Assembly: GCA_964649085.1 (NCBI GenBank)
Contig: CAZYPN010000026.1
Span: forward strand, 28,971-92,970
Length of the DNA stretch: 64,000 bases
Source: an uncultured Burkholderiales bacterium
GTDB taxonomy: Bacteria > Vulcanimicrobiota > Xenobia > Xenobiales > JADMJV01
Direction: 5' to 3'
The position numbers and the translations under genes were made by a program. Shown here piece after piece: positions 35,185-45,319 of this stretch. Within the stretch, counting starts at the first letter, position 1. Each line of letters opens with the position of its first letter. The notes under the pieces were generated by a model that saw nothing but the letters and a program-made list of their open reading frames with translations, made no database searches and was not told where the DNA came from.

Positions 35185-36081
35185 TTGAGTGAGATCCACA
35201 CCCTGGCCGTGATCGGCGCAGGCACCATGGGGGCCGGCATTGCCCAGGTTGGGGCGGCCGCCGGATACAACGTAATCGTCAACGACGTTCAGGAGGCCTT
35301 CCTGGAGCGGGCCCGCAAAACCATTGCGGGCAGCTTTGACAAGTTCGTGCAAAAGCAGAAAATGAGCGAGGCCGACCGTCAGGCTGCACTGGATCGCCTG
35401 ACCTTCACCACCCGCCTCGAGGATGTGGCCCAGGCCGATCTCGTGGTCGAGGCCATCATCGAGCAGATCGCTGCCAAAGTCGAGCTCTTTGGCCGGCTCG
35501 AGTCGATCTGCAAGCCCTCCACCCTTTTCGCCAGCAACACCTCTTCGCTTTCGGTTACCGAAATGTCGCGGGCCTGTGCCCGCCCCCAACAGGTGGCCGG
35601 TATGCACTTTTTCAATCCGGTGCCGCTGATGAAGCTCGTCGAGGTGATTCGCACCCCGCTGACCAGCCCGGAAACGTTCCAGGCCATCTGGCAGGTGGCT
35701 CTGAAGATGGGCAAGTCGCCTGTCGAAACCCGTGACACCCCCGGGTTCATCTTCAACCGGCTGATCATTCCTTACCTTAACGAAGCCATGTGGGCTCTTT
35801 ATGAGGGCGCTGGCACGGTCAAAGACATCGACTCGGCCATGGTGTTGGGGGGCAACATGCCGATCGGCCCTCTGGGGCTGCTCGACATGATCGGCCTCGA
35901 CGTGCAGCTGCACGCCTGCCAGGCCCTCTTCGAGCAGTTTGGCGACCCCAAATTCCGTCCCTGTCCGCTCAACCGGGCCCTGGTCCGGGCCGGGCTGCTC
36001 GGGCGCAAAAGCGGCAAAGGCTTCTACGACTACTCCCAGGACCCGCCCCGGCCGCTCGCCATGGATCCGTTCCGACTCTAA
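35185..36081 (+). CDS. hbd: 3-hydroxyacyl-CoA / 3-hydroxybutyryl-CoA dehydrogenase
   Basis: TLAVIGAGTMGAGIA Rossmann motif, FFNPVP, 298 aa; TTG start with GGAGGA 8 nt upstream. Confidence 0.85.
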   Translation: MSEIHTLAVIGAGTMGAGIAQVGAAAGYNVIVNDVQEAFLERARKTIAGSFDKFVQKQKMSEADRQAALDRLTFTTRLEDVAQADLVVEAIIEQIAAKVELFGRLESICKPSTLFASNTSSLSVTEMSRACARPQQVAGMHFFNPVPLMKLVEVIRTPLTSPETFQAIWQVALKMGKSPVETRDTPGFIFNRLIIPYLNEAMWALYEGAGTVKDIDSAMVLGGNMPIGPLGLLDMIGLDVQLHACQALFEQFGDPKFRPCPLNRALVRAGLLGRKSGKGFYDYSQDPPRPLAMDPFRL

Positions 36082-36099
36082 ATTCTCAGGAGGTACCCG

Positions 36100-36912
36100 A
36101 TGCAAGGCATGCAACCCACGATGAACCAGAAATACAGCAACCTCATCCTCTGCTTCGAGGACGGGCTGGCCGTCATGGTTCTCAACCGACCCAAAGCACT
36201 CAATGCCCTCAATGCCGAGGTCATCCAGCAAATGGCTCAGGCCCTCGACGAAATCGAGGCCGACCCGAAGAACAAGGTGTTGCTCATCACCGGTGCCGGC
36301 GACCGTGCCTTCGTGGCCGGGGCCGACATCCACGAGCTCAAACAGTGCACTTCCAGCCAGCAGGGTCAGCAGGCCTCTCAGGTGGGCAGCCAGCTCTTCC
36401 GTCGGCTGGAACGTTCGCGCCTGGTGGTCATCGCCGGCGTGAACGGATTTGCTCTGGGAGGAGGCATGGAGCTGTCGCTGGCCTGCGACATGCGCATTGC
36501 CGGAAGCAACGCCGTATTCGGCCTGCCCGAGGTGGGCCTGGGCATCATTCCCGGCTACGGTGGCACCCAGCGTCTGCCGCGTCTGGTGGGCCGCGGGCTG
36601 GCCATGGAGTTGATTGCTACGGGGCGCAAGCTCAATGCCGAAGAGGCTCTGCAGATCGGCCTCGTCAACCGGGTGGTTCCAGCCCAGGAGCTGCTCAACA
36701 CCTGTCGCAGCCTGGCTCACGAAATCATGCAACAGGCTCCGCTGGCCGTAGCGGCCGCCAAGTCGGCTCTGACCCGCGGCTGCGAAACCGACCTCGATGC
36801 CGGGCTGGCCATCGAATCGGAAGAATTTGGCAAGCTCTGCCTCACCCAGGATATGCACGAAGGCATGGCGGCCTTCATCGAAAAACGCAAGGCCCAGTTC
36901 CAGGGCCAGTAA
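36100..36912 (+). CDS. crt: Enoyl-CoA hydratase (crotonase family)
   Basis: LITGAGDRAFVAGADI and GGGMELSLACD crotonase motifs. Confidence 0.85.
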   Translation: MQGMQPTMNQKYSNLILCFEDGLAVMVLNRPKALNALNAEVIQQMAQALDEIEADPKNKVLLITGAGDRAFVAGADIHELKQCTSSQQGQQASQVGSQLFRRLERSRLVVIAGVNGFALGGGMELSLACDMRIAGSNAVFGLPEVGLGIIPGYGGTQRLPRLVGRGLAMELIATGRKLNAEEALQIGLVNRVVPAQELLNTCRSLAHEIMQQAPLAVAAAKSALTRGCETDLDAGLAIESEEFGKLCLTQDMHEGMAAFIEKRKAQFQGQ

Positions 36913-36928
36913 GAAGGAGTCATTATCC

Positions 36929-38125
<1,197 letters not shown>

Positions 38126-38129
38126 GCCG

Positions 38130-39347
38130 GTGCTGACCGTCGCCGAGGCGCTCGAGCGCATCCTCGCGGCGGTGCAGCCGCTGCCTCCCGGGCCTCTGCC
38201 GCTGGCCGAGGCCCTGGGGGGGCGGCTGGCCCGACCCCTGGTGGCTCAAGAGGACCAGCCCTCCTTTGCCAGTTCGGCCATGGATGGCTATGCTCTGGGC
38301 CCTCCCCGCGACCCGCCCGGTTGGACGCTGGTCGGACGCGTGGCCGCTGGCGAAGTGCCCCAGTTTGGGCTGCAGGCGGGCCAGTGCGCCCGCATCTTCA
38401 CGGGGGCCCAACTCCCAGCCGGCAGCTGGGCTGTGGTGCCCCAGGAAGAGGCTCAGCTCCAGGCCGACCGCCTTCAGGCCAGCGTTCCCCCCTCGCCCGG
38501 TCAGCACATCCGTCCGGCTGGCGAACACTTTTCTCAGGGTTCTGAACTCATTCCCAGCGGCACCGACCTGCACCCGGGCACGCTGGGTTTGGCCGCGCTG
38601 ATGGGTTATGGGGAGGTGCACTGCGCTCCCCGCCCCCGGGTGGCCATCCTGTCGACGGGCGATGAACTGGTCGAGCCCGGTTCGCCACTGGGCCCGGCTC
38701 AGGTGCGCAACTCGAACGCTCACGCCCTCGAGGCCCAGATCACCCTGGCCGGGGGTAGGCCGCGTCGTTGCCCCATCGTGCCCGACGATCCGGCTGCCCT
38801 GCGCAGCTGCCTCGAACAGCTCCTGCCCGAGGTTGATCTGATCGTCACCGCCGCCGGAGCCTCCGTGGGTGAGCACGACTTCGTCCAGCCCGTACTCCAG
38901 CAGCTGGGGGCCAGTACCCAGCTGTGGACGGTAGCCATGCGACCCGGCAAGCCGCTGGGGTTCTCCCGCCTGCCCGGCGACCTGCCCGTGCTCTCGCTGC
39001 CCGGCAATCCGGTGTCCTGCTTTGTCACCTTCGAGCTCTTTGGCCGGCCCTTGCTCGATCGATTGCGCGGCGGCCCGGGCCGCGGGTTGGCCCGACGTTC
39101 CATGAAGCTGGCCGAACCCGTGCGCAAGAAAGTCGGGCTGCGCTTTTTTCATCGCTGCTGTTGGAATGCTCGGGGAGAAGTGCGCCTGGCGGGCGGGGCG
39201 GCTGGCCAGGCCAGTCATCTCTTTCGCAGCATCCTCGACAGTCAGGGCCTGGTGGAACTCCCCGAGGGTCTGGCAGCTTTAGAGCCTGGGACTGACGTTG
39301 AAGTTCGCCCCTGGCCCTGGGTTGAATCCCCGCCAATCGGGTTATAG
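38130..39347 (+). CDS. moeA: Molybdopterin molybdenumtransferase MoeA
   Basis: SFASSAMDGYAL and LSTGDELV ... PGNPVS MoeA motifs. Confidence 0.8.
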   Translation: MLTVAEALERILAAVQPLPPGPLPLAEALGGRLARPLVAQEDQPSFASSAMDGYALGPPRDPPGWTLVGRVAAGEVPQFGLQAGQCARIFTGAQLPAGSWAVVPQEEAQLQADRLQASVPPSPGQHIRPAGEHFSQGSELIPSGTDLHPGTLGLAALMGYGEVHCAPRPRVAILSTGDELVEPGSPLGPAQVRNSNAHALEAQITLAGGRPRRCPIVPDDPAALRSCLEQLLPEVDLIVTAAGASVGEHDFVQPVLQQLGASTQLWTVAMRPGKPLGFSRLPGDLPVLSLPGNPVSCFVTFELFGRPLLDRLRGGPGRGLARRSMKLAEPVRKKVGLRFFHRCCWNARGEVRLAGGAAGQASHLFRSILDSQGLVELPEGLAALEPGTDVEVRPWPWVESPPIGL

Positions 39348-39367
39348 TATCTGCAAAGGAGGCTGCC

Positions 39368-39565
39368 ATGTTCGGACTGGGCCTGTGGGAATGGGTTGGC
39401 ATCATCATCATCGCGGGGTTGCTTTTCGGCCCGCGCTTCCTCATCGGCGTCTTCACCACCGTATGGAAAAGCCTCAAGGGTTTCTTCACCTCCTTCAATC
39501 AGGCTACCCAGGACCCGGCCTTGTCGGCTGAGCCAGAGAAGAAAGCCCTGCCCGGGGGGCACTGA
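39368..39565 (+). CDS. tatA: TatA/E-like twin-arginine translocase small subunit (divergent)
   Basis: AGGAGG SD; TM helix + LFGP hinge + amphipathic KSLKGFFTSF. Confidence 0.6.
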   Translation: MFGLGLWEWVGIIIIAGLLFGPRFLIGVFTTVWKSLKGFFTSFNQATQDPALSAEPEKKALPGGH

Positions 39566-40272
39566 TGGCCATCGAGGAAAAGCCCATGACGCTGGTGGGC
39601 CATCTCGAAGAGTTGCGCGGACGAATCCTGTGGTCGGTGTTCTATTGGGCCCTGGCCGCCTTTGCTTCCTACCAGATGATCCCCAGCGTGCTGGCCAAAT
39701 GTCGGCCGCTGCTGCACGGCCACAAGTTGATCTTCACCAACCCTACCGAGGCCTTCTTTGCCTACATCAACGCCAGCCTGGTGGGTGGAGCCTGTCTGGC
39801 TGCCCCGGTTTTTCTCTACCACGTCCTGATGTTCGTGCTTCCCGGGCTCGAAAAGCACGAGCGTCGCTGGATCTACCGCCTGCTGCCGCTAAGCATCTTC
39901 CAGTTCTTGCTCGGGTCGGCTTTTGCGCTTTACGTGGTGCTGCCGGTCACGCTGAACTTTTTCCTCGGTTTCGCCACCGAAGAACTGCAGGCCACCATTC
40001 GCATCGGCGAGTTCGTCGGCTTTATCGCCACGGTCACGGTGATGTGCGGGGTGATCTTCGAACTTCCCATCGTGCTTTTTTTCCTGGCCAGTTTGGGCAT
40101 CCTCAATTCTGCCTACCTGGCCCGACATCGCCGCATCGCCTACTTCCTGGCCTTCGTGGTGGCGGCCGTGGTCACACCCACGCCCGACGCCCTGACGGCC
40201 GCGGTGGTCGCCGTGCCTATCATCCTCAATTATGAGTTGAGCATTCTGATGATCTGGTTGTTCCGAAAATAG
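39565..40272 (+). CDS. tatC: Twin-arginine translocase subunit TatC
   Basis: LEELRGR, FTNPTEAF, 6 TM. Confidence 0.85.
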   Translation: MAIEEKPMTLVGHLEELRGRILWSVFYWALAAFASYQMIPSVLAKCRPLLHGHKLIFTNPTEAFFAYINASLVGGACLAAPVFLYHVLMFVLPGLEKHERRWIYRLLPLSIFQFLLGSAFALYVVLPVTLNFFLGFATEELQATIRIGEFVGFIATVTVMCGVIFELPIVLFFLASLGILNSAYLARHRRIAYFLAFVVAAVVTPTPDALTAAVVAVPIILNYELSILMIWLFRK

Positions 40273-40281
40273 GAGGTCAAC

Positions 40282-40488
40282 ATGCAAGAAGTCGTACTGA
40301 TGTGGTCACTGGGTCCTGGGGAAATCGCTTTACTGGTGTTCTTCGCCATTCTGCTGTTCGGTCCCAAGCGACTGCCCGAACTTGGTCAGGCTCTGGGCGA
40401 TTCACTGCGCTCGTTCCGCAAAGCGTCCAACCCCGAACCTCAGGGACTCTCCGCGCCCTCGGAAGACTCCGAGGCCCGAGCGAAGTAG
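40282..40488 (+). CDS. tatA: TatA/TatB-family twin-arginine translocase subunit
   Basis: AGGAGG SD; LLFGPKRLPELGQALGDSLRSFRKA. Confidence 0.75.
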   Translation: MQEVVLMWSLGPGEIALLVFFAILLFGPKRLPELGQALGDSLRSFRKASNPEPQGLSAPSEDSEARAK

Positions 40489-41087
40489 GCGAGAATGGCC
40501 AGTTCATGGGTCAGGTCTACGTTGCGCACATGAATGTGGGCGGGTAGATGCAGGTGGGCTCCACTGAAGTTCAGTAACGAGTCCACCCCCGACTCCATCA
40601 ACAGCCGGGCCGCTTCAGGGGCTGCCGCTGCGGGCACGGCCAGAATACCCAGGTCGGCACCCAGCGCGCGGGGCAGGGCGCTCACGGGCTCCACCTCGAT
40701 GTGCTGCAGTTTCTGGCCGACTTTTTCACTGGAGTTATCGAAGATCCAGAGAATTTGAAAGCCCCAGCGCGCGAACCCCGGAAATCCGGCCAGGGCCGTT
40801 CCCAGATTGCCCGCGCCCACCAGGGCAACCTTATGCACTTGGTCGAGCCGCAAAATCGACGAAACCCGCTTGAGCAGGTGGGGCACCGGATAACCCAGGC
40901 CCTGCACGCCAAACTCACCGAAATACGACAGGTCCTTGCGAAACTGAGAGGCCTTGACGCCGGCCCGAAAGGCGATCTCTTCCGAGGAAACCACCGCCAC
41001 CTGCTGATCGTTAAGCTCCACCAGGCAGCGAAAATACATCGCCAGTCGAGCGATGGTCGGTTCTGGTACCCGCGTGCGCTTCTCCAT
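40440..41087 (-). CDS. rex: Redox-sensing transcriptional repressor Rex
   Basis: N-terminal wHTH PTIARLAMYFRCL, Rossmann ALVGAGNLGTALA; 3' end overlaps the tatA-like gene convergently by 49 nt. Confidence 0.85.
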   Translation of the reverse strand: MEKRTRVPEPTIARLAMYFRCLVELNDQQVAVVSSEEIAFRAGVKASQFRKDLSYFGEFGVQGLGYPVPHLLKRVSSILRLDQVHKVALVGAGNLGTALAGFPGFARWGFQILWIFDNSSEKVGQKLQHIEVEPVSALPRALGADLGILAVPAAAAPEAARLLMESGVDSLLNFSGAHLHLPAHIHVRNVDLTHELAILAYFARASESSEGAESP

Positions 41088-41309
41088 GAAGCAACCCCTT
41101 TACGCCGATTTCTTCAAGGTCTCCTGTTGTAAAGGTTTTGATCCTCACGTTCCGGGTTATATCTCCGGGGTACGGGGTCCGTTATCTAAGATTCAGGACG
41201 TCGAAAAACAACCAGGAACCGATCCTCGATAGTTTCTGGACCCGAGGTCACGCTCGTCACCGTCCTGGTGTGGGGACGGCCAGCCCGGGAGACATTATGG
41301 GAGGTACAC

Positions 41310-41495
41310 ATGGCAGCCAAAAAGGGAGAGGGCAAGCCCGCTGCTGGCAAGGGGAACGCCCCCAAGAAGACCAGCACCAAGCCGGCCAGCAAGCCCGCCA
41401 AAACCGCCACCGCCGCCGCTCAGCCGACTCAGGCCGAGCCCGCGAAAAAAGCGGTTGAGGTTCGTAAAAAGGGTACGCCCGTCCGCGAAATGTAG
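41310..41495 (+). CDS. Small Lys/Ala/Pro-rich basic protein (histone H1-like / Hc1-like tail composition)
   Basis: GGGAGG 6 nt upstream of the ATG; 61 aa, AAKKGEGKPAAGKG...PAKKAVEV. Confidence 0.5.
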   Translation: MAAKKGEGKPAAGKGNAPKKTSTKPASKPAKTATAAAQPTQAEPAKKAVEVRKKGTPVREM

Positions 41496-41567
41496 CAACG
41501 TTTCCCCGCGATGTGCGTGAGAAGCCCTCTGCCTGGCAGGGGGTTTTTCGTTGTACGCCAGGCCTGC

Positions 41568-42107
41568 TCAGGGAGCGATGCTTCGTCCGCTCCACTCCCC
41601 CCCGCGACGTTCCCACACGGTTCGACGCGGCTCTTCGCCCAGCACGAGCACCTCGATTCGTGGATGCCACCCTTCTACAGCTCGGTCGATCGGGTCCAGG
41701 CGGGCTTCCATAAGCCAGAAACTCTCGGGGGGCTGGGGGGTGTGGGGATGGGCCTGATACAGGGCTCTGCGTTGGGGGGGCGCTACTTTTTGCCACAGGC
41801 GCAGGCCCTGGGGGTGGCTCTCACCGCTGCTGGCCGCCAGCAGTACGTCAATACGTACCTGCAGCGGTCCGTCCTCGCGCAGCAAACACAGCTGCCCGCG
41901 GGGGTCGGTCGTGACCTGGTGAAGCTTGGCGTGGTCACGGTGGCAGGCAAAGGTCCAGCACCCCTGCAGCAGGTTGTAGCTCAGCAGCCGCACCGTGCGC
42001 ACCCGAGCCCCGCGATCGGGGTCGCTGGTGGCGACCCACACCCATGGGAAGGGCTTTCCCGCGGTGACCTTCTGTAGAGCCTCGTGCAGCGGTGCGGGCA
42101 GACTCAC
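41568..42107 (-). CDS. Pyridoxamine 5'-phosphate oxidase-like FMN-binding split-barrel protein
   Basis: PNPOx-like fold sequence features; the antisense ORF 41511..42077 is junk. Confidence 0.6.
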   Translation of the reverse strand: MSLPAPLHEALQKVTAGKPFPWVWVATSDPDRGARVRTVRLLSYNLLQGCWTFACHRDHAKLHQVTTDPRGQLCLLREDGPLQVRIDVLLAASSGESHPQGLRLWQKVAPPQRRALYQAHPHTPQPPESFWLMEARLDPIDRAVEGWHPRIEVLVLGEEPRRTVWERRGGEWSGRSIAP

Positions 42108-43327
42108 CGTTTACGGATCAGCACCAGCGGCGTCATTTCGGCGGCGTTACCGGCGGGGTTGGGGCGCAGGGCCTCGACCACCTCCTGGCTGCGAGCCGGA
42201 TCGCTGATGTGAAAGATGTCCACCTTACCCAGGTCGTTGGCGTCTACAATGGCGCAATCCATGCCGGTAGCGGCTTTGATCTCCTGCACCAGCTGATCGC
42301 CACGAGCCGGGCCCATCACCACGTGTTTGTCAAAGGGTGGCAACGTGCCGGTACAGTCGTCAATGGCGGCTACGCCGCGGCCCGCCAGGCGGTAAAAATC
42401 GCCCCCGCGACGGGTGATCTTGCCCAGCACCCCGGCCGCCATGGCCAGCAGAATGCGTGCTGCCCCCACCTCGCGCATGGCCATTTCCAAAGAGTAGGGC
42501 GACGACAGGCTCGAGTGCATTCCGAACAGGCTGTTCAGTTGGCGGGCCAGGAAGCGGGGTTGAATATCTTCACAGTAGGCCAGTCGTCCTTGCACAATGG
42601 CCACGGCACTCTCGGCCAGGGCCACGATGTCGCCAGGTTGGCCCACCCCATCGGTATAGCGGCGCACAATCTCCAGGGTGTCTTCGCCGGGGCGCAGCAG
42701 GTGGGTGCGCAGGGAGACGACCTGAGCTTCCGGGTCCAGCGGCGCCTTGGGCTTGGGCGGCTCGGGGCGCAGCAGCGGCTGGGGCTGGTCCTGGGGAGCG
42801 AAGGCGTCCACCGGAAGCACGATCTCTACCTTGCGGTAGTGCAGCGGCGTGCGGCAGTAGTACTTGTAGTGCAAATCCAGACGCAGGGCGCCCATTTCCG
42901 CCAGTTTTTCGCTGACGCGGCCGTCCTCGCACTCCAGATCCAGGCGGATCTCCACCTCGATCTCCTTGCCGGCGGGAATGATGTAGGCTTCCCAATAGCC
43001 GTCCACTCGGGGGGAGTCAGGGTTGATCAGTCGGCAGCGGGGTTGCAGATCGTTATAGCGGTCTCCGGCCGGCTGCATCAGAGCCCGTGCATCGATGATC
43101 AGGGCCTGCTGGCGCCCCAAATTCTTCAAGGGCATCCGGCAGGTCAAAATGGCCGTGCGCTGGTCCTCGGCGACGAACATCTTGGGCTGACTGACCAGCT
43201 CGGGGCGCGCCACCACCCGGGCATCGCCCACGTGTTTACGCCAGGCCTGCAAACCCAGATAACCAAGCAACAGTGGGACCGAACAAGAAACAAGACACAT
43301 CAGATCCTCCGGAAGGAAGGCGCCCAT
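42104..43327 (-). CDS. CofE-like (F420-0:gamma-glutamyl ligase family) protein with N-terminal TM/extension
   Basis: C-terminal region DIVALAESAVAIVQGR...LARQLNSLFGMHSS...VAAIDD resembles CofE; start at Met 35 avoids overlap with the divergent gene; alternative start 43429. Confidence 0.6.
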   Translation of the reverse strand: MGAFLPEDLMCLVSCSVPLLLGYLGLQAWRKHVGDARVVARPELVSQPKMFVAEDQRTAILTCRMPLKNLGRQQALIIDARALMQPAGDRYNDLQPRCRLINPDSPRVDGYWEAYIIPAGKEIEVEIRLDLECEDGRVSEKLAEMGALRLDLHYKYYCRTPLHYRKVEIVLPVDAFAPQDQPQPLLRPEPPKPKAPLDPEAQVVSLRTHLLRPGEDTLEIVRRYTDGVGQPGDIVALAESAVAIVQGRLAYCEDIQPRFLARQLNSLFGMHSSLSSPYSLEMAMREVGAARILLAMAAGVLGKITRRGGDFYRLAGRGVAAIDDCTGTLPPFDKHVVMGPARGDQLVQEIKAATGMDCAIVDANDLGKVDIFHISDPARSQEVVEALRPNPAGNAAEMTPLVLIRKR

Positions 43328-43379
43328 AGTAAGGCAAAGATGAGCCTCGCTTTTCGAGGGCCGGCTTGGTATCCTGCTG

Positions 43380-45314
43380 ATGCAGGGGGAAATCCGCACC
43401 CAGGACAGTCTCATTTTCATGCAACTCATCGGCAGCTACAACTCACGCTTCTTCGCTGCCCTGGCTCCCAGCGAGATCAGGCTCTATCGGGGTATTTCCG
43501 CGGGGGGTAACTTCACCGAGTCCAACGAGGCCACGATGGTCTACCAAAAGCCCGTCGATGCCAGCTGGGGTCTGCAATTACTGCGGGTGGCCAACCAGGG
43601 CGACCTCTTCTTTTTGTGCAAAAAGGGCCTGCTGCGGTTGCGCAACGACCCTCAGGCCCAACTCGAAATCGTCAACGCCCAGCTTTCGGCCCTGGCCGCA
43701 GGCGACGAGGGTGGCAAGTTGGGCAGGGTGAGGGTCGACGCCGACGGCCGCGAAATCCTTTACGAGGTCATCGCCCCCGAAACGGGTCTGAAAGGCAAGT
43801 TTTTCAAAATGCTGGGCGGCAAGTCGGGCGAGCCCCCTCTGGTGCACCAGGTGGTTCACTTCAATCTGCACAGCCAGAAGTATCTGTATTTCCCTGGCAC
43901 CCAGGTCGACCCCAAGCGAGAATACCCCTTTGTCTGGAGCAGTTCCGAGGGTGGACGCTTTATTGTCCAGGCGCGTCCCGAGAAGAAGGCCTACAGCATT
44001 GAGGTTATCGACATCCTCTCCGAGACCCTGATCAGCAACTTTCAGATGGCCCTGGCGCCCATCAACGAACTGCGGGTCAACGATGCCGGCGTCATGCTTG
44101 TCGACGTTCGCCAGATCGGCGAAGAGAAGATCATCATCGCCCTGCCCGACGAACGCACTCGCCATCACTTTGTGCCGCCGCCCAGCTATCGCGTGCTCAA
44201 CCTGGGTGCCCTTCACGTAGCCCTGGTGCTGGAAGAACAGAGACGTCTGCAGATCTACGATTACCCCGGCAAGTTGTTGGCCGATATCGACACTCGGCCC
44301 TTGCGTCAACTGGCCTCCGATTTCGATTTTAACTTTAATGAGCGCAGCGACATCGACGTTCTCATCTGGCAGCAGGGGCGTCTCCATCTTCATCACGCCG
44401 ACCACAAGTCCATCAAGGTAGATGCCCAGCGTTGGCACCTCATCGCTCAGCATCAGCAGGCCCAGATCGAGCATCAATTGGTCCAGGAAGCCACCGCCCA
44501 GCACCTGCAGGACCGCAAGAAGATGGAGGATTTCCAGCTCAGTCGCCAGTTGCTCGAGGCCGTCCAGGGCGATGTCTCGGCCGCCAGTCCTCCTCCTGCC
44601 CAGCGCCCCCACCTGGGGGGCGAACGTCGCCCGGCCAGCCCGCTGCCCCCGCCCGTCCCCAGCTTCGAGAGCATTCCCGATGTGCCGGCGGCGCCATTGG
44701 AGCCGGCTGCTCCGCCTCCCTGGATGAGCCCCGCGGCCAGCAGCCCCCCACCGCCGCCCACGCTGGAGTTGCCACCCCCCGAGATCGCCATCCCGGCTCC
44801 CGAGCTTCCGCCTCCTTTGCCGCCCGTGCTCTCGGTGCCCGAGCCGTTGCCCACGCCCACGCCTGCGCCGCCTCCCCTGCCGCCGCCACCGCGCACTCCG
44901 GTGCTCGACGGCATGCCGGCTCATTTGCAACCACCGTTGCCATCGCGCCCCTCTTCGCTCAAGCCGCCGGCCTCGATTCCCAGCCCGGCAGCCCCTCCGC
45001 CGCGTCCGGCTCCCGAGCCGCCTCCGCCGCCCACCAGCTTTTCCAGCGCGGCCGATATCGACGCCGAGCTCGAGCGTCTGCGCATGACCTATATCGCCGG
45101 TGAAATCACCCGAGATGTCTATTATCAACGCCGATCCGAACTGGAGGCGCAGCGGCGGGGGTTTCAGGGGGCATCTCCGGCACTGGGCGGACCTCTGCGT
45201 CTCGACCTCGAGGCGCCGGGCGGGGGCGCTGCTCAACCCTCCCGGCCGGCCATCAAGCGCCGCGCCCTCGATGGCCCCTCGCTCGAACTGCCTCTGCCCG
45301 GCAGCGACGAATAG
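43380..45314 (+). CDS. Hypothetical protein with a long Pro-rich C-terminal region
   Basis: Long ORF with balanced N-terminal domain; the antisense ORF 43578..45236 is Arg/Gly junk. Confidence 0.5.
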   Translation: MQGEIRTQDSLIFMQLIGSYNSRFFAALAPSEIRLYRGISAGGNFTESNEATMVYQKPVDASWGLQLLRVANQGDLFFLCKKGLLRLRNDPQAQLEIVNAQLSALAAGDEGGKLGRVRVDADGREILYEVIAPETGLKGKFFKMLGGKSGEPPLVHQVVHFNLHSQKYLYFPGTQVDPKREYPFVWSSSEGGRFIVQARPEKKAYSIEVIDILSETLISNFQMALAPINELRVNDAGVMLVDVRQIGEEKIIIALPDERTRHHFVPPPSYRVLNLGALHVALVLEEQRRLQIYDYPGKLLADIDTRPLRQLASDFDFNFNERSDIDVLIWQQGRLHLHHADHKSIKVDAQRWHLIAQHQQAQIEHQLVQEATAQHLQDRKKMEDFQLSRQLLEAVQGDVSAASPPPAQRPHLGGERRPASPLPPPVPSFESIPDVPAAPLEPAAPPPWMSPAASSPPPPPTLELPPPEIAIPAPELPPPLPPVLSVPEPLPTPTPAPPPLPPPPRTPVLDGMPAHLQPPLPSRPSSLKPPASIPSPAAPPPRPAPEPPPPPTSFSSAADIDAELERLRMTYIAGEITRDVYYQRRSELEAQRRGFQGASPALGGPLRLDLEAPGGGAAQPSRPAIKRRALDGPSLELPLPGSDE

Positions 45315-45319
45315 CTGCT

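Noticed and set aside
41120-41150. Possible Rex operator (TTGTAAA-ggtt-TTGATCC) upstream of rex
   Set aside because: Only one half-site resembles the TTGTGAA consensus, and the second half does not form the required palindrome.
43578-45236. 552-aa minus-strand ORF antisense to the Pro-rich hypothetical gene
   Set aside because: Arg/Gly-rich (RRRRGRGQRLGHREHGRQRRR...) artefact produced by reading Pro/Ala codons backwards.
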